From the NCBI RefSeq assembly GCF_016127575.1, contig NZ_CP066018.1:1410001-1442000 (forward strand): a stretch of DNA of 32,000 bases. Reading direction: 5' to 3'. The notes under the pieces were generated by a model. That model worked only from the letters and a program-made list of their open reading frames with translations, was not told the DNA's origin and did no database searches. Positions within the stretch are counted from its first letter, which is position 1. Each line of letters opens with the position of its first letter. This document shows, piece after piece, positions 8,576 to 15,491 of this stretch. The DNA comes from Cupriavidus necator (GTDB lineage Bacteria; Pseudomonadota; Gammaproteobacteria; Burkholderiales; Burkholderiaceae). A program made the translations under genes and the position numbers.

Positions 8576-9309
8576 GCGGCGGCCCGTTCGGTGCGCTCCG
8601 GGCGATCGGTACGCTCCAGCCGGTAGCCATGCGTGTAGACCGGCGTCAGCCGCAAGCCGTGCCCTGCCTGCAGCCCAAGCTTGCTGCGCACGCGCGAGAC
8701 ATGGGTATCGATGGTGCGCGACAGCGGCGAGATCTCGCGGCCCCAGACCGCGGCGGTGATGTGGTCGCGCGTGACGATGCGCCCCTCGTTGCGGAACAGC
8801 AGCACCGCCAGGTCGAACTCTTTGGGCGTCAGGCTGACCGGATCGCCGTTGCAGGTGACCTTGCGCAGGGCGCAGTCAAAAGCGTACTCGCCCAGCCGCA
8901 ACGGCGCGAGCGGCGCCAGCTGCGCGGGATACGCGCGCCGCAGCAGGCAGTCGATGCGCGCGGCCAGCTCGGCCGGGCGCACCGGCTTGACCATGTAGTC
9001 GTCAGCGCCGGCCGCCAGGGCGTTGACGATGTCGAGCTCGGCCTCGCGGCAGGTCAGGAACATCACCGGGATGCGGCGGTCGAGGTGGGTACGCACCCAG
9101 GCCAGTACCTCGCGCCCGGACAGGTCCGGCATCTGCCAGTCCAGCAGCAGCAGGTCGAAGCCCGCGTCGCGCAGTGCCAGCAGCAGGCGCCGGCTTTCGG
9201 CGAAAGTCACGCAGTCATGTCCCGCGCCGGTAATGACCTGCCGGATCAGCGCCGCATCCGCGGGCGCGTCTTCAAGCGATGCAATGCGCGATGCCATTTT
9301 CTTTCCCAT
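8572..9309 (-). CDS. OmpR/PhoB-family response regulator (receiver plus winged-helix)
   Basis: 245 aa. Receiver residues are present: LED acidic pocket, phospho-acceptor in DLLLLDWQMPDLSG, FLTC, and YMVKP. The winged helix is LTPKEFDLAVLLFRNEGRIVTRDHI...TIDTHVSRVRSKLG. A GGAGA RBS precedes the ATG at 9309. Confidence 0.92.
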   Translation of the reverse strand: MGKKMASRIASLEDAPADAALIRQVITGAGHDCVTFAESRRLLLALRDAGFDLLLLDWQMPDLSGREVLAWVRTHLDRRIPVMFLTCREAELDIVNALAAGADDYMVKPVRPAELAARIDCLLRRAYPAQLAPLAPLRLGEYAFDCALRKVTCNGDPVSLTPKEFDLAVLLFRNEGRIVTRDHITAAVWGREISPLSRTIDTHVSRVRSKLGLQAGHGLRLTPVYTHGYRLERTDRPERTERAAA

Positions 9310-9530
9310 GTGTTGTCTCCGACGGAACAGAACACTAGCGGGACATTTAAGACCGCGTTGCCTTCGGCACGAATAGGAAAGACCTCAATCTCGATTTTCA
9401 ACAATCTTTTACTTCTCGCCTCAGCAGGCCGCTCCTACCATGGGCTTCGCTGCGTGCCGAGCGGGCCCGCAGTGCCAAGCTCTGTCCATCCATCGGCGCA
9501 TTCCGATGCGCCCGCGCAGGAGCCACTCTC

Positions 9531-10211
9531 GTGAACATCGCCGCGCTGCAGGCGGACCCGACCCTCGCCGTCAGCATCGAACAGACCCTGCGCCTGAACG
9601 GGCACCAGTGCACGCGCTATCTCAGCGGACGCACTATGATCGGCGCGCTGCGCGGCCGTTCGTTCGATCTGCTGATGCTCGACTGCGATACGCCGGGGAT
9701 CCCGGCCCTGGAAGTGCTGGCATGGGTGCGCCGCACGCTCGGCAACGAGATGCCGGTGATGCTGACCGGCACCTCCAACGAAGAAGCCTTCGTCGCGGCC
9801 TGCTTTGCGCAAGGCGCCGACAGCTATGTGCCCAAGCCGCTGCGCACGGCCGAGCTGGCCGCGCGCGTGCTGGCGCTGTTGCGCCGCGCCAGGCCGGCGG
9901 TCGATGAATGCGACCTGGAGCACGGCGTGTTCCGCTTTGCCACCGCGGAGCGGCGCGTGTGGGTCCAGGGTAAGCCGGTGCTGCTGGCCCCCAAGGAATT
10001 CGACCTGGCGGTGCTGCTGTTCCGCAACCTGGGCTCGCTGGTGCTGCGCCAGGCCATGGTCGACCAGGTCTGGCGCTACCACATGGACCCGGCCTCGCGC
10101 ACGGTGGACAGCCACCTGTCGCGCGTGCGCACCAAGCTGGCGCTGTGGCCGCACAACGGCGTGCGGCTGTCGTCGGTGTACGGGCTGGGCAGCCGCCTCG
10201 ATGCGGCCTAG
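9531..10211 (+). CDS. OmpR/PhoB-family response regulator, paralogue of 8572..9309, with an atypical acidic pocket
   Basis: 226 aa with a GTG start preceded by AGGAG. The N-terminus reads NIAALQADP where (D/E)D is expected. The acceptor Asp (LLMLDCDTPG), the Thr (VMLTGTS) and the Lys (YVPKP) are retained. The winged helix is LAPKEFDLAVLLFRNLGSLVLRQAM...TVDSHLSRVRTKLA. Confidence 0.85.
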   Translation: MNIAALQADPTLAVSIEQTLRLNGHQCTRYLSGRTMIGALRGRSFDLLMLDCDTPGIPALEVLAWVRRTLGNEMPVMLTGTSNEEAFVAACFAQGADSYVPKPLRTAELAARVLALLRRARPAVDECDLEHGVFRFATAERRVWVQGKPVLLAPKEFDLAVLLFRNLGSLVLRQAMVDQVWRYHMDPASRTVDSHLSRVRTKLALWPHNGVRLSSVYGLGSRLDAA

Positions 10212-10213
10212 CC

Positions 10214-11197
10214 TCAATCGGCCTTGATGCCCGCGTCCCTGACGATGCGGGCGTTCTCCGCGGACTCTTCGCGAATAGCCTTGGCAAACTGCGCCGGCGT
10301 ACCGCCGGTCGGCACTTCGCCGCCCTTGAGCAGGCGCTCATGGACTTCCGGCTCGGCCAGCGCCTTGTTCAGTTCGGCGTTCAGGCGGTTGATGATGGCC
10401 GCGGGCGTCTTGCCCGGCGCGAAGATGCCGAAGGTCGAGGTCAGGTTGGCCTTGGGGTAGCCCAGCTCGGCCAGCGTCGGCACCGAGGGCAGGCTCTCCA
10501 GGCGCCTGGGCGCACCCACCGCCAGCGCGCGCAGGCGGCCGGCCTGCATATGCTGGGTCAGCACCGGGCTGGCGTTGGTGCTCATCACCTCGAACTGGCC
10601 GCCGAGCGCGTCATTCATCTGTTGGCCCGCGCCCTTATACGGGATCAGCGTGATGTCGGCCTTCGACTTCTGCTTGATCTGTTCCAGCACTACGTGGCCA
10701 ACCGTTCCCAGGCCCGACGTTGCCCAGCGCACCGAGCCCGGTTTGGCGCTGGCCTGGCCGACCACGTCGGCAAAGCCCTTGCCGCTGAAGCCGGCGGTGG
10801 CCACCACCAGCACCGGCGAGTACATCACGCTCATCACCGGCGCCACGTCCTTCTGCGGGTCGTAGTTGACGCGGCCGACATGCGGGTTGAGCGTCAGCGG
10901 GCTGGTGGCGGCGAAGCCCAGCGTATAGCCGTCCGGCGCAGCCTTGGCGACCGCATCGATGCCGATGCTGCCGCCCGCGCCGGCCTTGTTCTCGACCACC
11001 ACCGAGGTGCCCATCTGCGCCGACAGCCGCTCGCCGAGCGCGCGCGCCACGGTGTCGCTGATGCCGCCGGTCGGGTAGGCGACGATCAGGCGGATCGGAC
11101 GGCTGGGATAGGCGTCGGCAGCGGCGGCAGGCAGTGCGGCAGCACCGCTGGTCACGCACAGGGCGGCCAGCAGGGATGAGCGGAAGGGGAAGGCCAT
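10214..11197 (-). CDS. Bug/TctC-family periplasmic substrate-binding protein
   Basis: 327 aa. Signal peptide followed by AYPSRPIRLIVAYPTGGISDTVARALGERLSAQMGTSVVVENKAGAGGSIG. This family is known to be greatly expanded in Cupriavidus and Bordetella. Confidence 0.93.
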   Translation of the reverse strand: MAFPFRSSLLAALCVTSGAAALPAAAADAYPSRPIRLIVAYPTGGISDTVARALGERLSAQMGTSVVVENKAGAGGSIGIDAVAKAAPDGYTLGFAATSPLTLNPHVGRVNYDPQKDVAPVMSVMYSPVLVVATAGFSGKGFADVVGQASAKPGSVRWATSGLGTVGHVVLEQIKQKSKADITLIPYKGAGQQMNDALGGQFEVMSTNASPVLTQHMQAGRLRALAVGAPRRLESLPSVPTLAELGYPKANLTSTFGIFAPGKTPAAIINRLNAELNKALAEPEVHERLLKGGEVPTGGTPAQFAKAIREESAENARIVRDAGIKAD

Positions 11198-11313
11198 GAT
11201 GGAAATGCGGGAGAGATTTCGACAGGAGGGCGCCGGGCGGGCGCCGGGCGCGGCAGCGGTTCGCCGGTCTGGCGCGGAGCAGCCGCTATCTTAGCCGATC
11301 GGGGCGTGCGCGC

Positions 11314-11604
11314 TCAGCGCACCAGCGGGCGTTCCGGCACCCACGAGACAAAGAGTTCGTTGGCCCGGTCATACAGGCGCCATACCGTGCCGCAGTCGCG
11401 GCAGGCAAAGGAAAGCATGCTGAACGGCACGCCGGCGGCGCTCTGGCTCACCAGCGGCACCGTGCCGCGCAGCGCCAGGCAGGACGGCGGCTCGCGCCGG
11501 CGCGGGTCGGCGGCGAGCGCCAGGCAGCGCTCGCAGGCAGGCGTGGCAGACGGTGCCGACGCGGGGTGGATGGATGGCGGGGACGGAGGCACGGCAGACT
11601 TCAT
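11314..11604 (-). CDS. Hypothetical small Cys-rich protein (possible zinc ribbon), about 96 aa
   Basis: This is the tail of the 381-aa ORF-track entry: MKSAVPPSPPSIHPASAPSATPACERCLALAADPRRREPPSCLALRGTVPLVSQSAAGVPFSMLSFACRDCGTVWRLYDRANELFVSWVPERPLVR. It has CxxC ... C ... CxxC spacing, and codon third positions are strongly G/C from CERC onward. The start is uncertain (an alternative ATG is at 11613) and there is no clear RBS. Confidence 0.45.
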   Translation of the reverse strand: MKSAVPPSPPSIHPASAPSATPACERCLALAADPRRREPPSCLALRGTVPLVSQSAAGVPFSMLSFACRDCGTVWRLYDRANELFVSWVPERPLVR

Positions 11605-11660
11605 GCCCGCCATGATGCCGCAAAACGCCGCCCGGCAGCAGCCGCTCACGCAATCTCGGA

Positions 11661-12575
11661 TCAGGCCAGCTGCGTGCGCGTCACCGCGGCCGGCGCCGCC
11701 GCGCGCTGGCCCAGCCACACGCTGCCCAGCACCAGCAGCGCGCCGGCAGCCTGCATCGCCGTCAATGCCTGGCCCAGCACCAGAAAGCCGAGCACGGTGG
11801 CGCTGACCGGGCTGAGCAGCCCCAGCGCCGCCACCGCGGACGACGGCATGCGCCCGACACCGCGGAACCACAGCGCATAGCTGAAGCCGGCCCCGACAAT
11901 GCTCAGCCACGCATAGCCAAGCCAGTTGGCCAGCGTGAAATGCCCGGGCAGCGGTTCCAGCACCAGTGCGAACGGCAGCAGGAACAGCCCGCCCGCGCAC
12001 AACTGCCATGCCGTCAGCACCAGCGGCGAGACCGGCGGGCGCCAGTGCCGCGTCAGTACCGTGCCCACCGCCATCGATACCGCCCCGGCCGCTGCCGCCG
12101 CCACGCCGATGGCATCGAGCCGGGCGGCCGGGCCCAGTACCAGCAGCGCCACGCCCAGCAGCCCGCCCACGCCCGCCAGCCAGGCGGCCGGCCGCGGGCG
12201 TGCGCCCAGCCAGGCCCACGCCAGCACCACCACGATCAGCGGCTGGATCGCGCCGACCGTGGCCGCCACCCCGCCCGGCAACCGGTACGCGGCGATAAAC
12301 AGCATGGCCTGGAAGAAGCCGATATTGAGCACGCCCAGCACCGCCGCGCGCCACCACCAGCTGCCGCGCGGCAGTTGCCGGCCGAAGGCAAGCATCGCCA
12401 GCCCGGCCGGCAGCGCCCGGATCACGCCTGAGAGCAGCGGCTGCCCCGGCGGCAGCCACTGGCTGGTGACCAGGTAGGTGCTGCCCCAGATGGCCGGGGC
12501 CAGCCCGGTCAGCAGGATGTCCCTGAGGGTCACGCCGCCGGTCGCGGCCAGGGAGGAAGATCCACTCGCCTTCAT
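11661..12575 (-). CDS. EamA/DMT-superfamily transporter (PecM/RhaT-like)
   Basis: 304 aa and about 10 TM segments. The N-terminus is LLTGLAPAIWGSTYLVTSQWLPPGQPLLSGVIRALPAGL. It is divergent from a MarR-family gene. Confidence 0.88.
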   Translation of the reverse strand: MKASGSSSLAATGGVTLRDILLTGLAPAIWGSTYLVTSQWLPPGQPLLSGVIRALPAGLAMLAFGRQLPRGSWWWRAAVLGVLNIGFFQAMLFIAAYRLPGGVAATVGAIQPLIVVVLAWAWLGARPRPAAWLAGVGGLLGVALLVLGPAARLDAIGVAAAAAGAVSMAVGTVLTRHWRPPVSPLVLTAWQLCAGGLFLLPFALVLEPLPGHFTLANWLGYAWLSIVGAGFSYALWFRGVGRMPSSAVAALGLLSPVSATVLGFLVLGQALTAMQAAGALLVLGSVWLGQRAAAPAAVTRTQLA

Positions 12576-12583
12576 GTCGATAT

Positions 12584-12637
12584 TCTTGATGTCAAGATAA
12601 ATAGACTTTACGAAGCCGATTGGTTGATGTCAAGATA
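12584..12637. promoter_or_regulatory. Two copies of a MarR-type operator in the EamA/MarR divergent promoter region
   Basis: TTGATGTCAAGATA occurs twice, at 12586..12599 and 12624..12637. The first copy is embedded in the perfect palindrome TCTTGA-TG-TCAAGA (12584..12597); the second contains TTGA-TG-TCAA. The two copies are 38 nt apart centre to centre. Confidence 0.65.
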
Positions 12638-12681
12638 CTTCGGTATTCCGCCCATCGCGTATTCCCACGCCCGCCCTGCTG

Positions 12682-13233
12682 ATGACTGCCCGCCGCAAAC
12701 CCGAAGACACGCCTGACCACGTCGATGGCATTCTCGCCCAATGGGCGCGAGAGCGCCCGGACCTGGATGCCTCGCCGATGGGCGTGATCGGCCGGCTGGG
12801 CCGGCTCAACCGCCATACCAGCCGGGCCATTGAAGCCGCGCTTGGGGAAACCGGCCTGCAGCCGTGGGAATTCGATGTGCTGGCGACGCTGCGGCGCGCG
12901 GGGCCGCCGTATGCGCTGTCGCCGGGCGCGCTGATCGGCTCGCTGATGATCACTTCGGGCACCATGACCAACCGGCTCGACCACCTGGAACGGGCCGGGC
13001 TGGTGCGGCGCCAGCCCAATCCGGAAGACCGCCGCGGGTTGCTGGTGGAACTGACCGAAACCGGACGCGAGCGCGTCGACCGCGCGCTGGAATTGCACGT
13101 GGCCAACGAGCACCGCCTGCTGGCGGACCTGACCGCGACGGAACGCGCGCAGCTGGCTGCGCTGCTGCGCCGCTGGCTGCGCATGTTCGAGCCGCCACCG
13201 GGCGGTGGCGGCGAAGGCAATGAACCGGCCTGA
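12682..13233 (+). CDS. MarR-family transcriptional regulator
   Basis: 183 aa. The winged-helix core is LQPWEFDVLATLRRAGPPYALSPGALIGSLMITSGTMTNRLDHLERAGLVRRQPNPEDRRGLLVELTETG. Confidence 0.92.
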   Translation: MTARRKPEDTPDHVDGILAQWARERPDLDASPMGVIGRLGRLNRHTSRAIEAALGETGLQPWEFDVLATLRRAGPPYALSPGALIGSLMITSGTMTNRLDHLERAGLVRRQPNPEDRRGLLVELTETGRERVDRALELHVANEHRLLADLTATERAQLAALLRRWLRMFEPPPGGGGEGNEPA

Positions 13234-13243
13234 GTGTCAGGCC
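13227..13243. terminator. Short hairpin spanning both stop codons of the convergent MarR and MFS genes
   Basis: GGCCTGA-GTG-TCAGGCC. The TGA (13231..13233) and the reverse-strand TGA (13237..13239) form part of the two stem arms. There are no flanking U-runs, so a terminator function is uncertain. Confidence 0.35.
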
Positions 13244-14469
13244 CGCTGACGCTCGCGCAGGTCGGGCAGGAAGATCGTCAGCAGGCCCAGCAGCGGCAGG
13301 TAGGCACAGTACTCGTACACCGCGCGGATGCCATGCGTATCGGCCATGCCGCCCAGCACCGCGGCGCCGATGCCGCCCATGCCGAAGGCAAAGCCGAAGA
13401 ACAGGCCCGACACCATGCCGACCTTGCCGGGAATCAGCTCCTGCGCGAACACCAGGATCGCCGAGAACGCCGAGGCCAGGATAAAGCCGATGATGAAGGT
13501 CAGCACCGTGGTCCAGAACAGGCCCACGTGCGGCAGCGCCAGCGTGAACGGCGCCACGCCCAGGATCGACGCCCAGATCACGCGCTTGCGGCCGATGCGG
13601 TCGCCGATCGGGCCGCCCAGGATGGTGCCCGCCGCCACCGCGGCCAGGAACATGAACAGGTGCAGCTGCGCGTCCTGGCGCGCCAGCCCGAAGCGCTCCA
13701 TCAGGTAGAAGGTGTAGTAGGAGGTCAGGCTGGCCATGTAGAAGTACTTGGAGAACACCAGCACCATCAGCACCACCATGGCCCGCACCACCAGGCGCAT
13801 GGGAACCGGGCTGGCCACCGCGCCGGCGGCCTTGTGCTTGCGCGCGCCCTGCGCCAGCTGGCGCGCATACCAGCCGCCGATGCGCCACAGCACCACGATG
13901 CCCACCAGCGCCGCCAGCGAGAACCACGCCAGGCTGGCCTGCTGGTGCACGATCAGCGCGGCCAGCAGCGGCCCCATGGCGCTGCCGCCGTTGCCGCCCA
14001 CCTGGAAGATCGACTGCGCCAGCCCGTGCTGGCCGCCCGAGGCCATGCGCGCCACGCGCGATGATTCCGGATGGAAGATCGATGAGCCGGTACCGACCAG
14101 CGCCGCGGCCACCAGCAGCACGCCGTAGCTCGGCGCCACCGACAGCAGCAGCAAGCCCGCCAGCGTGAACGCCATGGCGATGGCCAGCGAATGCGGCTTG
14201 GGATGCTTGTCGGTGTACAGGCCCACCACCGGCTGCAGCAGCGATGCCGTGACCTGGTAGGTCATGGTCAGCAGGCCGATCTGGGTGAAGCTCAGGTTGA
14301 AGCCCCCCTTGAGCATCGGATAGATCGCCAGGATCAACGACTGGATCATGTCGTTGAGGAAGTGGGCGAAGCTGATCGCCGACAGCACGCGGAAACCGGT
14401 GCGTTCGGCCTGGGGGGATGTCGCGGAGGGTGTCGCGCCAGCAGGCGCGGAGTCGATGGTTGTGCTCAT
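13237..14469 (-). CDS. fsr: MFS transporter, Fsr (fosmidomycin-resistance) family
   Basis: The stretch SFAHFLNDMIQSLILAIYPMLKGGFNLSF...LLQPVVGLYTDKHPKP...GTGSSIFHPESSRVARMASGGQHGLAQSIFQVGGNGGSAMGPLLAALIV closely matches my memory of E. coli Fsr. The start was moved to the ATG at 14469 (MSTTIDS...). Confidence 0.88.
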   Translation of the reverse strand: MSTTIDSAPAGATPSATSPQAERTGFRVLSAISFAHFLNDMIQSLILAIYPMLKGGFNLSFTQIGLLTMTYQVTASLLQPVVGLYTDKHPKPHSLAIAMAFTLAGLLLLSVAPSYGVLLVAAALVGTGSSIFHPESSRVARMASGGQHGLAQSIFQVGGNGGSAMGPLLAALIVHQQASLAWFSLAALVGIVVLWRIGGWYARQLAQGARKHKAAGAVASPVPMRLVVRAMVVLMVLVFSKYFYMASLTSYYTFYLMERFGLARQDAQLHLFMFLAAVAAGTILGGPIGDRIGRKRVIWASILGVAPFTLALPHVGLFWTTVLTFIIGFILASAFSAILVFAQELIPGKVGMVSGLFFGFAFGMGGIGAAVLGGMADTHGIRAVYEYCAYLPLLGLLTIFLPDLRERQRA

Positions 14470-14597
14470 TGGCGGCTCTCGACAGACGGAAAGCGGCCAG
14501 CGGGGGGCGCCGGCCTGGAAGGAACTGAGCACCGATGCTAGCTGGCGCCCGGGCGCCTGTCCTGCGAGAATAGGTCCCCGACCTTGGAGAAAAGGAC

Positions 14598-15473
14598 ATG
14601 CCGCGCGCCCCTCGCCCCCTTTCTGCTTCCGGAGCGGCCCGCCGCCGCCGCGATCAGCATGCGCCCCCTGCCCCCACGCCCGAGGCGCTGGCGCTGGGCG
14701 ACACCTACGCCGATCCCCCGCCCTACGTCCGCTTCGACCGCAGCCCCCTGCCCGTCACCGCCATGGCCGCCGACTACCTGCCCGGCCACGTGACCAACCC
14801 GCACCAGCATCCGCACGCGCAGCTGATCCACGCGGTGCACGGAGTGATGGTGGTGGCCACCACCGAAGGCCAGTGGATCGTGCCGCCCACGCGCGGCATG
14901 TGGATGCCGGGCGGCACCACGCACTGGATCCGCATGGTCGGCCGGGTGCAGATGCGCACCGCCTATATCCGCCCCGATGCCGCGCCCGACCTGCCGCAGC
15001 GCTGCACCGTGCTGGGCATCTCCGCGCTGCTGCGCGAGCTGATCCTGGCGGCAATCGACATACCCCTGCCCTACGCTCCCGGCACGCGCGGCGCGCGGCT
15101 GATGCGGCTGCTGCTCGATGAAGTGATGCTGGTGCCGTCGCTGCCGCTGCACCTGCCGCGCCCGGCCGATGACAGCCTGCGGCAGATCTGCGATGCCATC
15201 ACCGGCGCGCCCGATACGGCGCTGACGCTGGCGGACTGGGGTTCACGGCTGGGGCTGGACCCCAAGACCATCCAGCGCCGCTTTGCGCGCGAAACCGGGA
15301 TGACCTTCGGGCAATGGCGCCAGCAGGCGCGCCTGCTGGCGGCGCTCGAGAAGCTGGCCGCCGGCAGCAAGGTGGTGGATGTGGCGCTGGACCTGGGCTA
15401 TGACAGCCCGAGCGCGTTTGCGACCATGTTCAGGCGGCAGTTCGGCGTGCCGCCAAGCGCGTTCTTCCGCTGA
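14598..15473 (+). CDS. AraC-family transcriptional regulator with an N-terminal cupin domain
   Basis: 291 aa. The cupin region is HQHPHAQLIHAVHGVMVV. The C-terminal double HTH is LTLADWGSRLGLDPKTIQRRFARETGMTFGQWRQQARLLAALEKL...VALDLGYDSPSAFATMFRRQFGVPPSAF. A GGAGAAAAGG RBS is present, and the gene is divergent from fsr. Confidence 0.92.
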   Translation: MPRAPRPLSASGAARRRRDQHAPPAPTPEALALGDTYADPPPYVRFDRSPLPVTAMAADYLPGHVTNPHQHPHAQLIHAVHGVMVVATTEGQWIVPPTRGMWMPGGTTHWIRMVGRVQMRTAYIRPDAAPDLPQRCTVLGISALLRELILAAIDIPLPYAPGTRGARLMRLLLDEVMLVPSLPLHLPRPADDSLRQICDAITGAPDTALTLADWGSRLGLDPKTIQRRFARETGMTFGQWRQQARLLAALEKLAAGSKVVDVALDLGYDSPSAFATMFRRQFGVPPSAFFR

Positions 15474-15491
15474 GCGGGGGCGCCATGGCGG

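Noticed and set aside
9349-9407. Short direct repeats in the regulator-regulator intergenic region: AAGACC at 9349 and 9379, CAATCT at 9386 and 9402. Also a 7-bp-stem hairpin, GGCGCAT-TCCG-ATGCGCC, at 9495..9512.
   Set aside because: Hexamers repeated at 30-nt and 16-nt spacing are within chance expectation for a 220-nt AT-richer region. They do not match the usual 10 to 11-nt phasing of OmpR-family half-sites. They are noted but are not strong enough to call binding sites.
11228-11249. A tandem duplication, GGGCGCCGGGC x2, upstream of the Bug gene.
   Set aside because: It has only two units and is of extremely GC-rich, low-complexity composition. There is no spacer or array structure, so it is not CRISPR- or VNTR-like.
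11605-12459. The N-terminal 280+ residues of the 381-aa minus-strand ORF 11314..12459.
   Set aside because: This part overlaps the EamA transporter gene (11661..12575) in a different frame and translates to Gly/Ala/Arg-rich low-complexity sequence. Only the non-overlapping tail (11314..11604) is considered possibly coding.
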